Shown: positions 12,715 through 26,059 of the stretch, piece after piece | Numbering within the stretch: the first letter of the stretch is position 1 | Layout of the letters: every line of letters begins with the position of its first letter | NCBI RefSeq assembly: GCF_030028105.1 | Contig: NC_092397.1 | Coordinates: 22,888,630 to 22,952,629 of the forward strand | Length of the DNA: 64,000 nucleotides | Direction: 5' to 3' | From: Mobula birostris | Taxonomy: Eukaryota | Made by a program: the position numbers and the translations under genes | The notes under the pieces: model-generated | What the model was told of the DNA's origin: nothing | Seen by the model: only the letters and a program-made list of their open reading frames with translations | Database searches by the model: none

Positions 12715-13170
12715 CTCTCTCCCCTCCCCCACCTTTTAAAATTTACTCCTCATTGTTTTTTCTCCAGTCCTGCTGAAGAATCTCAGCCCAAAACGTCAGC
12801 TGTACTTTTATCCACAGATGCTGCCTGGCCTGCAGAGTTTCTCCAGCATTTTGTGTGTGTTCCTTGGATTTCCAGCATCTGCAGATTTTCTCCTGTTTAT
12901 TACTCAATGTCAACAAGCATTTTGTATGACAACTGTCACAGTTCCACTCATTTAGAAATGCAGATATGAAACTCGAGGTTCAGCAGATGCTGGGAATAAA
13001 CTGTAAAGTGACACACACAAAGTACTGCGGGAACTCAGCAGGTCAGGCAGCAGCTAAACAGGAATAAACAGTCTAGATAGGATGAAGTGTCTTGGCCCAT
13101 AATATCAACTATTTATTTGTCTGCACAGATGCTGCTGGGGGGCACTGAGTCCCTCCAGTATTTTGCAAAC
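12715..13170. mobile_element. Two adjacent Penelope-derived elements with decayed hammerhead motifs
   Basis: AGTCCTGCTGAAGAATCTCAGCCCAAAACGTC plus family tail at ~12765-12900. A fold-back copy lies at ~12970-13167. Confidence 0.6.
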
Positions 13171-13954
13171 ATAAACCTCTTTTTTCAGTCAATCAGTTTC
13201 CAAATGTTGCTGAACTTTCATTTGCAGCCTCATCCTCCTGGTCTGATTCCCTCCTTCTACTCTATGTAAACTCGAGCCTCCATCACATCTGGAGCTCCAA
13301 AGCCCTCATTTGTGCTGACCCCTCTTGTTTCTGCTCCACCATTCTGCTGTCGTAATTTAGAGGAGAGTGTTGTATTGCAACAGCCCGGCAGGGTGAGGCA
13401 CAGCCCTTCGAAATCAGTGAAAATGACACAAAGCAATGAATAGAGTGGGACAGGAAGATTTTAACAACACAAGACTTCAGCCTTGGTCCAGAGCTGTGAG
13501 GGATGAGGAATATTTGGGAGAAAACCACAGTAAATTAATCCTCTGCAGTTTACAGAAAGTCGTGGAGTGAATTCAAGGTAAACCTCTTCATCGCCAGACC
13601 GGTGACCAGTTACATCCTGAACATTATAGGGTGAGTTAGTGGTGAACGGCAGGGATGGGGTTGAAAGCTCTGGTGTGCAATAGGAACACAAGCAGGTACC
13701 AGCTGGACTGGGTGGCCTCTCGACTGTTCATTATCAGTGTGACAGGGAGGAAGCACCTGAGACACAGGATTTGAAATGGAATTGATCTATTTGTCTATGA
13801 CAGATCCACAATATTAAACATCAGTGTATTTTAAGATGGTGGGATGAACCCCCTCAATGCTCAGTAACCAGGGTTCAGTCCTGGGTCTGATGAGCAGCCA
13901 CAATATCTGTGGAATCTGACATTAACAGTCCCATATACAGCTTCTTATAACTTC

Positions 13955-14530
13955 CTCCCTGATGTGAAGTTGCTGGTGTTTCAGCAGGTGGGATGACTTG
14001 AGTAAATTTCTTTGCTGACTCAGGACAGAAGTGTGTCCTCTATGAATTGTAAACTCACTGGAGCCTCACACGGTGGGTGAACTGAATGAATCTCCTCCCA
14101 CACTTGGAACAGGTGTGAAGCTATACTGAGAGACAGAGACAACAGAGCCAAGTCTAGCTGCTCACCGGTGTGAACTGGCTGGTGTTGCAATAGCTTGTGA
14201 CTGAATGAATCCCGTCCGCCATGGAGCAGGTGAATGGCCTCTCCCCGTGTGAACTTGCTGGTGTATCTGCAGGTGCAGTGGCCTGGTGAATCCCTTCCAA
14301 AATGAGAGGCGGTGAACGCCAACTCACTGTTATCAACTCTATGGCCATTTATCAGGTCAGTCTATGGACAAGTCCACGTATTGGGACTCTGGTGTGCTGT
14401 CTTCTCAACCATCTCCCCCTTCATATTCAGTGATTGGTAGCATTCAAATGCTGGGGAACCGACAGACACAGCAGAAGTGACACGCTGTTGCATTTGAGAT
14501 TCTCAGACAGAAATTCTTTGCCTTTTCTGC
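13955..14530 (-). pseudogene. Decayed C2H2 (Kruppel-type) zinc-finger exon
   Basis: Minus-strand remnants HLQIHQQVHT/GERPFTCS, LLQHQPVHTGE, TCSKCGRRFIQ and SHLLKHQQLH, with frameshifts and stops. Candidate acceptor TTTTACAG|G at 14531. Confidence 0.7.
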
Positions 14531-15814
14531 CTGTAAAATGTTTGCAAAGATGATCAACAGGTGAAAGAGAATACATCTCAGCTGAGATTATTTTGGTTTT
14601 CATGTTGATGTCTGATGTCACACTGTTACAGTGAGGCTGAACACTGTGCGGAGGAACAACACTTCTAACTGGGCATAGTTCAGGCATAAGGACACAACAT
14701 CAAATTCTCTGTTTTCCTCTCTGCCCATCAAGCTGTGACTTGGCTCAGTGTGTCTCTCTCCATTACTATAGCTTCACAGTCTGGGTATCTCCCACAGACC
14801 TACTAAGCACACAATACAAACAGAGCTGCTTTGTGAGAGTTTCTGCTGATTGTGACCCTGCTGGCATTCGACGGTAGTAAACTCAGAGTCAGCAATGCCA
14901 TTAACCCTCAAGAGAATGTGATCAGGTTTTCTTGGTGCAGATTGATACTGCGGTATTCTTGCAGTGTGAAGACTTTTACAAATAAAATGGCATGAGGCAT
15001 TTTCTATTTCAGGAAAACCATAACTCATTTATTGTCCTCCAAATACAGAAACATAAAGCACAGTTTAAAAAAAAACTTCACATACTTACATCATAACAGC
15101 AGTCCAGCTTCTAAAAGAGAAACACAACAGAATGTCAGTGGTCATTAATTACGCACATTTCCAGCCATGACATTACCCTACAGCGACCCCACCCCCCCCA
15201 CTGAATCCTCTTACTGCTCCCGCTCTGTGATCTTTAGAGCAGTTTACTTCCTTTTAGTGACACTTGCAAGATAATACAGAGGAACACATCAAGTTCTCTC
15301 GTGTATTAGTGCTCCTAAGGGTGCTGCCATTTACTGTGGAGTTTCTTCTGACATTTTACCTGTAAAACTCCTCACACTTGTCCAGATTAAAATCCATTTC
15401 CCCCATTTCTCCATCCATGATTCCAATTGATCTATATCCACTTCTGTCCATTTGACAACCTTCCTCGCCACCCACAACTGCACCAATATTCATGTCATCA
15501 GCGATCTGATCTGCCCACGTATGTTTTAATCTGATCAAACAAAGGTCCCATCACTGATCACTGTGGACACACTGGTTACATATCTACAGTCAAAATCATT
15601 CTCAATTCTATCAGTTCAAATGTTGCTACACGATACACACCATTCAAACCCTCCCACACCGAGACTCGAGGAAAGTTACACATTTATCACAAGACCAGAG
15701 TTGGGTTGAATGGTCTGGGCTTGTTACTCTGGATGCTCTGCTCCAAAGTCCATTCAGATTAGTACAACGTAACCAGATACGTCATCACTGAGATACTGAT
15801 GTACAGCATTGTGT

Positions 15815-16240
15815 CACAAACAGGAGAAAATCTACAGTTGCTGGAAATCCAAGCCACACACACAAATGCTGAACAAACTCAGCGGGTCAGGCAGCATCTA
15901 TAGAAAAAAAACACAGCCACTGTTTTGGGACAAAACCCTTCGGCAGGACTTAGGAGAAAATCTGAGGAGTAGATTTAAAAGGTGGGGAAGGGGAGAGAGA
16001 AAATAAGGTGAGTGTGAAACCTGTAGGGGGCTGGGAAGTTGATTAGTGAAAGAGACAGGAGGCCATGGAAGAAAGAAAAGGGGAGAGGAGCACCAGAGGG
16101 AGATGGTGGGTGGGCAAGATGATGGGAAATGGTGAAGGGGGGGGTGTGGGAGGCATTACCAGAAATGCGAGAGTTCGATGTTCATGCCGTCAGGTTGGAA
16201 GCCACCCATAAGGTGTTGTTCCTCCAACAAATGTGTGGCC
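15815..16240 (-). mobile_element. Penelope-like element 3' end (GIY-YIG C-terminus plus pseudo-LTR)
   Basis: Minus strand reads LEEQHL..(del)..QPDGMNIELSHFW*, then a pyrimidine-rich tract, a decayed hammerhead (AGTCCTGCCGAAGGGTTTTGTCCCAAAACAG) and the family tail. Confidence 0.75.
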
Positions 16241-16361
16241 ACATCGCATTGTGTGATATTGTTTAAAAAGCTAAAAATAATTCAATTGTGAGGATGAATC
16301 TGAAAGAAGTTTCTACATTTACACTGCATGAGAGACTGGGAGACACAGTGCCAAGTACCAA

Positions 16362-16495
16362 CTCCCACACTGTACCAGAGACTGACAGGTACAGAATGAA
16401 CCTCACACTCTCACACTGTACCAGAGACTGACGGGTACAGAATGAACCCCACACTCTCACACTGTACCAGAGGCTGACGGGTACAGAATGAACCC
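16362..16495 (+). repeat. 46-bp minisatellite, about 3 copies
   Basis: TGTACCAGAG recurs at 16371, 16417 and 16463. Confidence 0.9.
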
Positions 16496-16620
16496 TGTAC
16501 GTAATGTACAGACATTACGTACTTTAACAAAACCCAACAACGCTCCTCCCCACCTCAAGACAGCACCACTTTGATCAATTTACACTGCAATGGACTGTCT
16601 TGAGACTCGTTCAAATTCTC

Positions 16621-16726
16621 TGCAACACACATCAAAGTTGCTGATGAACGCAGCAGGCCAGGCAGCATCTCTGGGAAAGAGGTACAGTCGACATTTTGGG
16701 CCGAGACCCTTCGTCAGGACTAACTG
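16621..16726 (-). mobile_element. Penelope-derived element with near-intact hammerhead motif
   Basis: Minus strand: AGTC-CTGACGA-AGGGTCTCGGCCC-AAAATGTC-GACT. G12 and the stem III CG are altered by C>T/G>A changes. Confidence 0.7.
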
Positions 16727-17094
16727 CTAATTCTCTTCTCTTTTTACAATTCTGTACAGCAGTTTAGTTCTTGTGGGCACTGTATCGTGGATACTATGTG
16801 TTTATGATGCTGCTGCAGTAAATTTATCTTTCACCTGGTCCATTTGACCTTCGGTCTCCTGCTGTCCTGTTTCATTACATAAACGTTTCATATTATCAAC
16901 TGTGTGTTTTCCTCATTCCATCTGCTTTTCTAGCAGATACGACGGGCCGAATGACCGAATACTGCCGCTGTAGTTGGTCCATTTTGTATTTTAGATTTCC
17001 TTCCTGCGGAATTAACCGGCAGCGGCAACTCACCAGATCGGCGACAGGTCCCTGTCCACGGTGTTACCCAAAACGAACACTGGGTAGTGCAGAA

Positions 17095-17287
17095 CGAGTT
17101 CTGATTGGTTGAACGAATTCCTTTAGCTATCCAATCAAATTATCTTACTGCATGAACGTTACTTCAAATAGCCATTGAGAAACCTAGGCATCCCATCCCT
17201 CATTAGCATACACCTCTGGGCGCTGCCTATTTAATTCGTGCTCCGGGTCCGTTTTGCTTATTTGTGGTTCTGAAGCGGTCAGCTGAA
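17095..17287 (+). promoter_or_regulatory. H2B promoter
   Basis: ATTGG/CCAAT boxes, octamer-like ATTAGCAT at 17202-17209 and TATTTAA at 17228-17234. Confidence 0.7.
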
Positions 17288-17662
17288 ATGCCTGAGACAG
17301 CGAAACCCGCTCCGAAGAAGGGCGCCAAGAAAACTCTGCCCAAACCAGCCGGTAAGGCAGGGAAGAAGCGCAAGAGGCTGAGGAAGGAGAGTTACTCCAT
17401 CTACATCTACAAAGTGATGAAGCAGGTTCACCCCGATACTGGCATCTCCTCCAAGGCCATGAGCATCATGAACTCATTCGTCAACGACATCTTCGAGCGC
17501 ATCGGGGGCGAGGCTTCACGCCTGGCCCATTACAACAAGCGGTCAACCATCACCTCACGGGAGATCCAGACCGCCGTGCGCCTGCTGCTGCCCGGGGAGC
17601 TGGCCAAGCACGCCGTTTCCGAAGGGACAAAGGCGGTGACCAAGTACACCAGCTCCAAGTAA
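17288..17662 (+). CDS. H2B: Histone H2B (variant residues)
   Basis: ATG at 17288 ([12 protein letters not shown]...), complete fold, with stem-loop. Confidence 0.98.
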   Translation: MPETAKPAPKKGAKKTLPKPAGKAGKKRKRLRKESYSIYIYKVMKQVHPDTGISSKAMSIMNSFVNDIFERIGGEASRLAHYNKRSTITSREIQTAVRLLLPGELAKHAVSEGTKAVTKYTSSK

Positions 17663-17693
17663 AGTTCCCCAGTGAGATGATCGAAAACACAAC

Positions 17694-17709
17694 GGCTCTT
17701 TTAAGAGCC
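17694..17709 (+). terminator. Histone 3' stem-loop (H2B)
   Basis: GGCTCT-TTTA-AGAGCC. Confidence 0.95.
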
Positions 17710-18254
17710 ACTCACGATTTCACTGAGAGAGTTGTACTAGCATTTAGGCAATACATGGCGCACGTTTTATGTGTGGTGGCTTTTACAGGAGCTAAAGAGC
17801 GGTTGGAATATCCGCTTCATCTTCCCCCTATAATCCTGGTGTTTAACATTCCTCCCACTCCCGTTGCTGTTTTAGCTGTGGGTTCAGGTGTTTATTATTT
17901 GGAGTTAGGTAACTTCTCTGAATCTCATTTTAATTCGAGGCCGGAACGACTTCACGGTTCTTTCATAGAACAGTTTTTTTAAAAAAATTGCAGACTAGCC
18001 GCTGGTCACAGTTTGAGAAGAGCCGTTTGTCCATAACCTGCTAACGTTTACACAATGACCAGCACCGGGCAGAAGCTGAGTGTCAGTTTTACTCGGTTCC
18101 TTTACGAGTTGAAAGAAATTTGAGTTCCCAGACACTCCATTATCAACTACACTTACATTAAATGTGCCCGGTTTCAATAACAGGGGGAAATACGAAGACC
18201 CAGTCCTCAAACAGATCAGCAATGATTTAATTTCAGATTAAATTTGAACAATGA

Positions 18255-18898
<644 letters not shown>

Positions 18899-18928
18899 AG
18901 CGACGTAAACTGAACCTATTTACCCAGA

Positions 18929-18944
18929 GGCTCTTTTCAGAGCC
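18929..18944 (+). terminator. Histone 3' stem-loop (H2A)
   Basis: GGCTCT-TTTC-AGAGCC. Confidence 0.95.
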
Positions 18945-19495
18945 ACTCACAGTGTCTGTGGAAGGGCTGAACAGCGGGTGATTACCGTTCGGAGTAACTC
19001 GGCTGTGTATCTGACACGGCCCCGATCGGAGGCATCCCTGGTAACGTTTTCTCTCCTTCCGTCGTGTTTCTTCCGCGAATTAAATCGGTAAAAGTCTGCA
19101 GAGTACGCGGTCCGCTACACCCTGCCTCATTTCCCCTCTCTGCTGGCTGAATGGAGCTCTCTCGCCTTGTGGGGCGGGGAAATTAACTTTCAGAGTCAGC
19201 CCCCGGAGGGTGAATTTAATCTCCGATCATTGAACGATTCCGGTCTTCATGACCTGAAACCGCGTTGTCTGGGTTTCACATTGCGGGTTGACCCTGGACC
19301 GTCCCACTGATCGCTTCATGAGCAATTCCCACCGCCTCACAGAACAATATTGATTTGCAGCTTTACATTTATCTGCAAAAGTACATTTACCGTATGGAAC
19401 TGACAGTATTTACTGAAAATCTCGTCCGCCTGGGTCTCTGAAATATAAATGAACATTTGCAAAGACGGGGTCAGTTTGGTCAGATCTCCCGAGAC

Positions 19496-19560
19496 GCGGC
19501 TCCCTCTGTGAGGCGGTGGGTCGCTCTGATACAGACTTTTGTTTGTGCCAGGAAGAAAAG
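19496..19560 (-). pseudogene. Remnant of an H4 3' UTR/stem-loop region
   Basis: Minus strand CACAAACAAAAGTCTGTATCAGAGCGACCCACCGCCTCACAGAGGGAGCCG aligns with the H4 3' end CACGAAACAAAGGCTCTTCTAAGAGCCACCCACCGCCTCACAGTCGGAGCCG. Confidence 0.6.
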
Positions 19561-19589
19561 GGAGGGGGTGGGTGGATCGACAAGGAGGT

Positions 19590-22500
19590 TCAGTTCTGTC
19601 CTGTCTCTAGTAGGAACTTCTAAATACTGATTGATAAAACTGGACACACAGAATAAATTCTGCGCCACCAACCCTTTTGCAGTGCGGCGGTCCCAGTATA
19701 CATGATGCGGCAATCCCCAGGGATGTCTTCTTTAAGTACCACTGAGATGTTCTCCCTGGTCAAACACATCTCTGCATTCTCTTCTCTCCCGTCCACTCCA
19801 TCGTACCTGTAGCATTTGTACTGTGAAACTGAGCTGCCGGTCCTGCCCCTCCGACAATCATTTTTCTGTTGGGGATATAATATCCCAGTCTCCTGCACGG
19901 ATCCATGCCCAGGGGCCATCTGCTGTTCAGAGAACAAAGGACAGTACAGGAGTGGCCCTTTGGCCCTTCTCTACATATTCTTGTGACTGTCTAAGATTTC
20001 CTTAAATACTCCTGTGCTCTCTGTCTCTGCCACCACCCCTGGCAGTGCATTCCATGTCTCCATCAATCTGTTTTCTTCACTTTCTTCCTCTGAGCTTAAA
20101 TACATGCCTTCTGTGAAAAATATTACTGGCTGTCTACACCAACTATGACCACAAAATTCCACAGGTTTCTATCAAATCTCTCCTGAGCCAACGCCACTCC
20201 AGAAGCAAAAAGTTTCAGCACGTCGAGCCTCTCCTCAGCGCACACCTCCTCCAGACATCCTGTTCCGAACCCTCCACATGCTTCCTATAATGAGGTGATC
20301 AGAACTGAACACGATACTCTCAATGTGGCCTAACCAGCATTTTATAAACCTGTAACATCATGTCCTGGTGCTTGAACTCAATGCCTTGCCTGATGAAGGT
20401 AAACATGCCATACACCGACTTCACCTCCCTGTCAACCTGTGCTCCCAGTTTTAGGGAACCGATGTCTCTGAACCTCGACATCCTTCTCTTTGTCAATACT
20501 GTTAATGTTCCTGCCATTAACTGTGTACACACCCTTGATGTTGGATCTCCCAAAGTGCAGCCCTAGGTATCCTTTTCACCACAACGAATGTACGGAATAC
20601 AATGGGAGTATCTTCAATCCTACTTGCCAGAGATTTTTCATCACTGTTTCCAGCTCTCCGAATGTTCTTGAGTTCCCCTATTTTTTAAATATAGTCCTCA
20701 AACACCCTGTTTGATTCTAGCTTCCTAAGCCTTACTTATGCTTCTTCCTCCTCCTCGATTAAATTAACTTCCTGTCTCATCATCCAAGGTTCCTGAACCT
20801 TGCCATCCTTGACCCTCCCTCTTACTGGAACAAACTGGCCCTGAAACACTGCACTGGTCTTTAAACAAACTCCAGGTCAGATGTGGATTTGACTCAAAAT
20901 CCATCATTACATATTGCTGTGCCTGGCATCTAACTTAGCTTCAATCTCTCCATTCAGTGACTAGTGTTCTGTTTCACATCCCCCTGTCAATCTCGTTTCA
21001 ACCCTCATAGGGTGCAGCAATGAACTTCATGATCCTGACCGCCCTCCACTGAAACTGCAAACCATCCCTCTTGTAAATGTCACCCCAGCACCAGAAGAGG
21101 TTCCAATGTTCCGTAATCCTGAAACCCTGTCCCTGTATCAGCTCCTTAGCCACACATTCATTAGCTCTCACTTTCTGTTTGTATCCCTACCACCACAGGG
21201 CACTAGGAGTAAACTGGAGATTACAACATTTCAGGTTCTGCTCCATAACTTCTTCCCAAACTCTCTGTGGGACATCATCCCTTTTCTACCTGTCCATTGG
21301 TACCGATGTGAATCACCATCTCTGGCTGAATGAACACCATCCCCCTGTTCTGTATCTGCTCCGAGATGTCCCTGACTCTCAGAGTATTTACAACTTTTAA
21401 AACCAACAAAAAGCAACAAAAAAAGTCATGAAGAGAGGGAAAAGTTGGAATACAAAGGTAAGCTAGCCACTGGTATTAAAGAGGATACCAAAAGTTTCTT
21501 CAGCTATACAAAGTGTAAAAGAGAGGCAAAAGTAGATATTAGTTCATTGGAAGATGTTACTGGAGAGGTAGTAATGGGGTACAGGAAAATGGCAGACAAT
21601 CTGAATAAGTATTGTGCATCAGTCTTCACTGGGGACGATATTAGCAGTCTGCTGGAAATTCAAGAGAAACAGGGGGCAGAAATGAGTGATTTTGCCTTTA
21701 CTAGGGAGATGGTCCTTGGGAAACTGAAAGGTCTGAAGGTAGAAAATTCCCTTGGACCAGATTATCTACACCAGTTCTATGAAAGATGTGGCTGAAGAGA
21801 TTGTGGCAGTTTTAGTAATAATCTTTCCATAATCTCTGGATTCTGGTGTGGTTCCAGAGAACAGGAAAATTGCAAAGGTCATCCACTCTTAAAGAGAGAG
21901 AAGCAGAAGAAAGCAAATCATAGGCCAGCTAGTCCGATCTCAGTGGTTGGGAAGATGATGGAGTCAATTGTCAAGGATGTATTTTCGGGTACTTGGCAAC
22001 ACATGAAAAAATAGGCCAAAGTCAGCATGGTTTCCTTTAATCAGTCCTCACCGAAGACTTGTGTATCTGCAACACTTCTTCTCAACTCTTGTACTCAGTG
22101 ACATGAATGATGAAGGCCAGCAGATCAAACCCCATCTTCACCACCGTATCTAGCTGAGACGTCACTTTCAGTGAATTACACATTCAGATGGACATTATTT
22201 ATATAAATTACAAACAACAAAGGTCCTGTCACCCAGTGGCACACCACTAGACAGACAGCTCCAGTCTGAGACACAACCCTCAACCATCAGCCTCTGCCTC
22301 CTGTCACGGAGGCAATTATGGAATCGATCAACTATCTCCCCAGATTCCAGTTTCTAGATCTAACTTTCCAGACTATAATCAAAGGCTTGGCTAATGTCCA
22401 TATAAACAACATCCACAGCCCTAACCTCATCTACGCCCTTGTGAAACCCCTCAAAGGGCTGCAAGAAATTACCAGACATAATTTTCCTTGCACAAAACTG

Positions 22501-24549
22501 TGCTGACTGTCTTGAATCAAACCAAATTTTGGTGGATCCTGTTCATCAGAAACTCTTCCAACAAATTACAGACTGATGGGCCTGTAGTTTCCACTACCCT
22601 TTTTGAACAATGGCAGCGCATAAACCATCAGTCCTGAAGTCACAGGAGCAGGATTAGGCCTTTTGGCCCATTCAGTCTGTTCTGCCATTCCATCATATAT
22701 CCATCTCAACCCCATTCTCCTGCCTTCTACCCATAAACTTTGATACCCTTAATAATAATTAAAAATCTACTAACCTCTGCTTTAAAAAAAAAACACTGAC
22801 TGCCTTTATGGCTGCCTGTGGAAATGAAATCCATTGATTCATCACCTTCTGACTAAAGAAATTACTCATCTCTATTCTAGAGGGGCATCTTTTATTGAGG
22901 GTGTGGTTTGGTTCTAGATTCCTCCATTATTGGAAACATCCTCTCACATCAACGCTATCTAGGCCGTTCAATATTCAATGTGTTTCTATAAGATTCTCCC
23001 TCATTCTTCTAGACTCCAGTGACTGTAGGCCCAGATTATCAAATGATTATTACATCCTAACTCTTTCAGTCCTGGGATCATTCTCATGAATTTCCACTAC
23101 AGCCTCTGCAATGCCAGCACATCCTTTCTTAGAAAAGTTACCCAAGCCTGCTCATGATACTCCAAATAAGGTCTGACCAAAGCCTCAGCATTAGATCCTT
23201 GTTTTTATTTTCTAGTTCTCTTGAAATGCATGCAAGTATTACATTTGCCTTCCTCACTACCAACTCAATGTGTGCATTAACCTTTAGGGAATCGTGCACT
23301 AAGACCCTTCACACAACTGATTTCTGTTCTCTCCCTGATTAGAAAGAGCCTAGGGTGTTATTCCTCCTACCAGAGTACATGACCACACACTTCATTACAC
23401 TGTATTTCATCTGGCACTTCCTTTTCCATTCTCTAAATCTGTCAAGTGCTACTGCAGACTCCCTGCTTCCTCAACACAGCCTGCCTCTTCATATCATCCA
23501 CAGTCTGGGCCTCAAAACTATCAATTCCACATTGCTCACCCTGTCCAATCATGTGCAACCTCAACTGGTGCCTGAGATGAAGCAAAATAATCTCTCCCCT
23601 GGCCTCCACAGTGTATTCTCCAGCTTCCCACAAAGTACGAGAATGTACCTGATAAAGCCCTGGAGATTTAACAACCTTAAAGAATTTTTGCAATGGTGAA
23701 ATAACTGTCAGAAATATTCATGGATAGCCTCTCCTATTTCATTTGCCTCCACACACAGATGGCCATGTTCACCTCCAAGGGGAACGATTCTGTGTCTAAC
23801 TTAACTTTTCCTATGAATATACCAAGAGAATCTCTTGGATTTTGCTCACTTTGCCTTCTGAATCATGATATCCTCCTTTTACCCTCCAAACTTTTATTAG
23901 AGATCCTATCTCTAATAATATTCTCGAATAATTTCCCGAACATTGATCCAAGACTCACCAATCTGTAATTTGTCTCCATTGCCTGAGGAACAACATGCCC
24001 TGGAATATCAACATTCCCTTCTCTGATCTCACTATCCTCCATGACCACATCGATGAATACTGATGAGAAGTACAGGTTTAGTCCTTCGCACACTTCAGAC
24101 ATAAACTCTCTCCTCTGTGCTTGTGTTGTCGTACCCTCTTCGCAGTGCCCCTTCTCACCAAAGTTATTTCTTCTTCCCGTTTCACACTTCTGATTCTCTC
24201 TCTAACTTCTCTCTTACTTGTTTCATGTTGCCAGAGGCTTTCTCCAATTTCTACTTCTGAAATATTCCTTATCCTTCATTTTCTTTCAGTCTGAATTCAT
24301 AACATCTCTCACTATGCCCCTCTGCCAGACTTTACCATCCTTGTGTTTCCTCCTCATAGAAACAGTTCTGTCTGAATTCTGACCCGATTGCTTTTAAACA
24401 TCATTTACATGTTCAATGTAGACAGTTGCAATTAACTGTACCCCAAATGACCATATTACCACCAGGTCCAGTCTTGTCCTTATTTACTGTTCCCAAAATG
24501 AAACTTCTATCAATGGCCAGGCTCATTTCCCAATACAATGTTTTCTATG
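19590..24549. mobile_element. Mosaic of old CR1 fragments on both strands
   Basis: For example IKEDTKSFFSYTKCKR/LNKYCASVFT (+, ~21385-22040) and QGIEFKHQDMMLQVYKMLVRPH (-, ~20320). Confidence 0.65.
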
Positions 24550-25194
24550 ACATTTATAGCAAGAGGATTCGAGTACAGGAGCAGGGAGGTACTACTGCAG
24601 TTGTACAAGGTCTTGGTGAGACCACACCTGGAGTATTGTGTGCAGTTTTGGTCCCCTAATCTGAGGAAAGACATCCTTGCCATAGAGGGAGTACAAAGAA
24701 GGTTCACCAGATTGATTCCTGGGATGGCAGGACTTTCATATGAAGAAAGACTGGATGAACTGGGCTTGTACTCGTTGGAATTTAGAAGATTGAGGGGGGA
24801 TCTGATTGAAACGTATAAGATCCTAAAGGGATTGGACAGGCTAGATGCAGGAAGATTGTTCCCGATGTTGGGGAAGTCCAGAACAAGGGGCCTCAGTTTG
24901 AGGATAGAGGGGAAGCCTTTTAGGACCGAGATTAGGAAAAACTTCTTCACACAGAGAGTGGTGAATCTGTGGAATTCTCTGCCACAGGAAACAGTTGAGT
25001 CCAGTTCACTGGCTATATTTAAGAGGGAGTTAGATATGGCCCTTGTGGCTACGGGGGTCAGGGGGTATGGAGGGAAGACTGGGGCGGGGTTCTGAGTTGG
25101 ATGATCAGCCATGATCATAATAAATGGCGGTGCAGGCTCGAAGGGCCGAATGGCCTACTCCTGCACCTATTTTCTATGTTTCTATGTTTCTATG
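24550..25194 (+). mobile_element. Young 5'-truncated CR1 insertion
   Basis: Stop-free ORF2 C-terminus (LVRPHLEYCVQFWSP...FFTQRVVNLWNSLP) and a (TTTCTATG)3 tail. Confidence 0.92.
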
Positions 25195-26059
25195 GCTCCC
25201 TTCCCGGGTTAGACTATCCACTTCTATGTTAAGTAACATCCCAGTATTCTTCTAACATATTCGGTGATATCTAAGCCCCTGACTCTAAGGGAGTCCCAGT
25301 CAACATTGGGGAAATTAGTCACCCACTGCAACTACCCTGTTGCTTTTACATCTTTCATTACCTGCTACATTTCTGTTCCTTTATCTCCTGCCGGCATTTG
25401 GGAGGCCTGTGGTATAACCCCATCAGTGAATGCACCTCTCTTATCCTGAGCTCTATCCACATTGTCCCACTGGATGAACCCTCCAGTGTGTCCTCTCTTA
25501 GTCCCTCACCCACAATTCCATATAAAGTCTGATCTGCCATCAACCTTCCTTGTATGTCAATCCCACTTCCCTGATTTTACAAACATTTATCTTCCTTCTC
25601 TTTGAATCTTTTCAGTTATCCAGCCTCCCCATTCATCTCAGTTGGGGAATTCCAGTGTTTGTTATACAGTGTTTTTTTAATCATTTGTGGCCTTGTAGAA
25701 CAGTGCAGGCATGTACTCTGGTTTCCTGCAGTCCACAGTTTTGAGTGCCACAGTTCCACACAGTCATCAGATTATATAAAAGGAGAGGGAGTTTGATGAA
25801 GTGAACCTGGGCAGTTGGCACATTTTGCATGTCACAGTTCCCGAGGAAATGTTTGATTGCCCATAATTCGGAACGTGGCAAGATCCAATAAAAAGTTATA
25901 CTTAACCAGAGCGGTCATTGTATGAGTGGGCCAGAATTGGAGTGGGGAGTTCAGGTTTTGTCTCTTCTGAGAGATGTAGGCCATAGGTAGATATATTTTG
26001 ATTTAATCTTTATTTCTTTTGTATTACACATTTGGAGCAGAGGGGATGCCAGACAAGAT

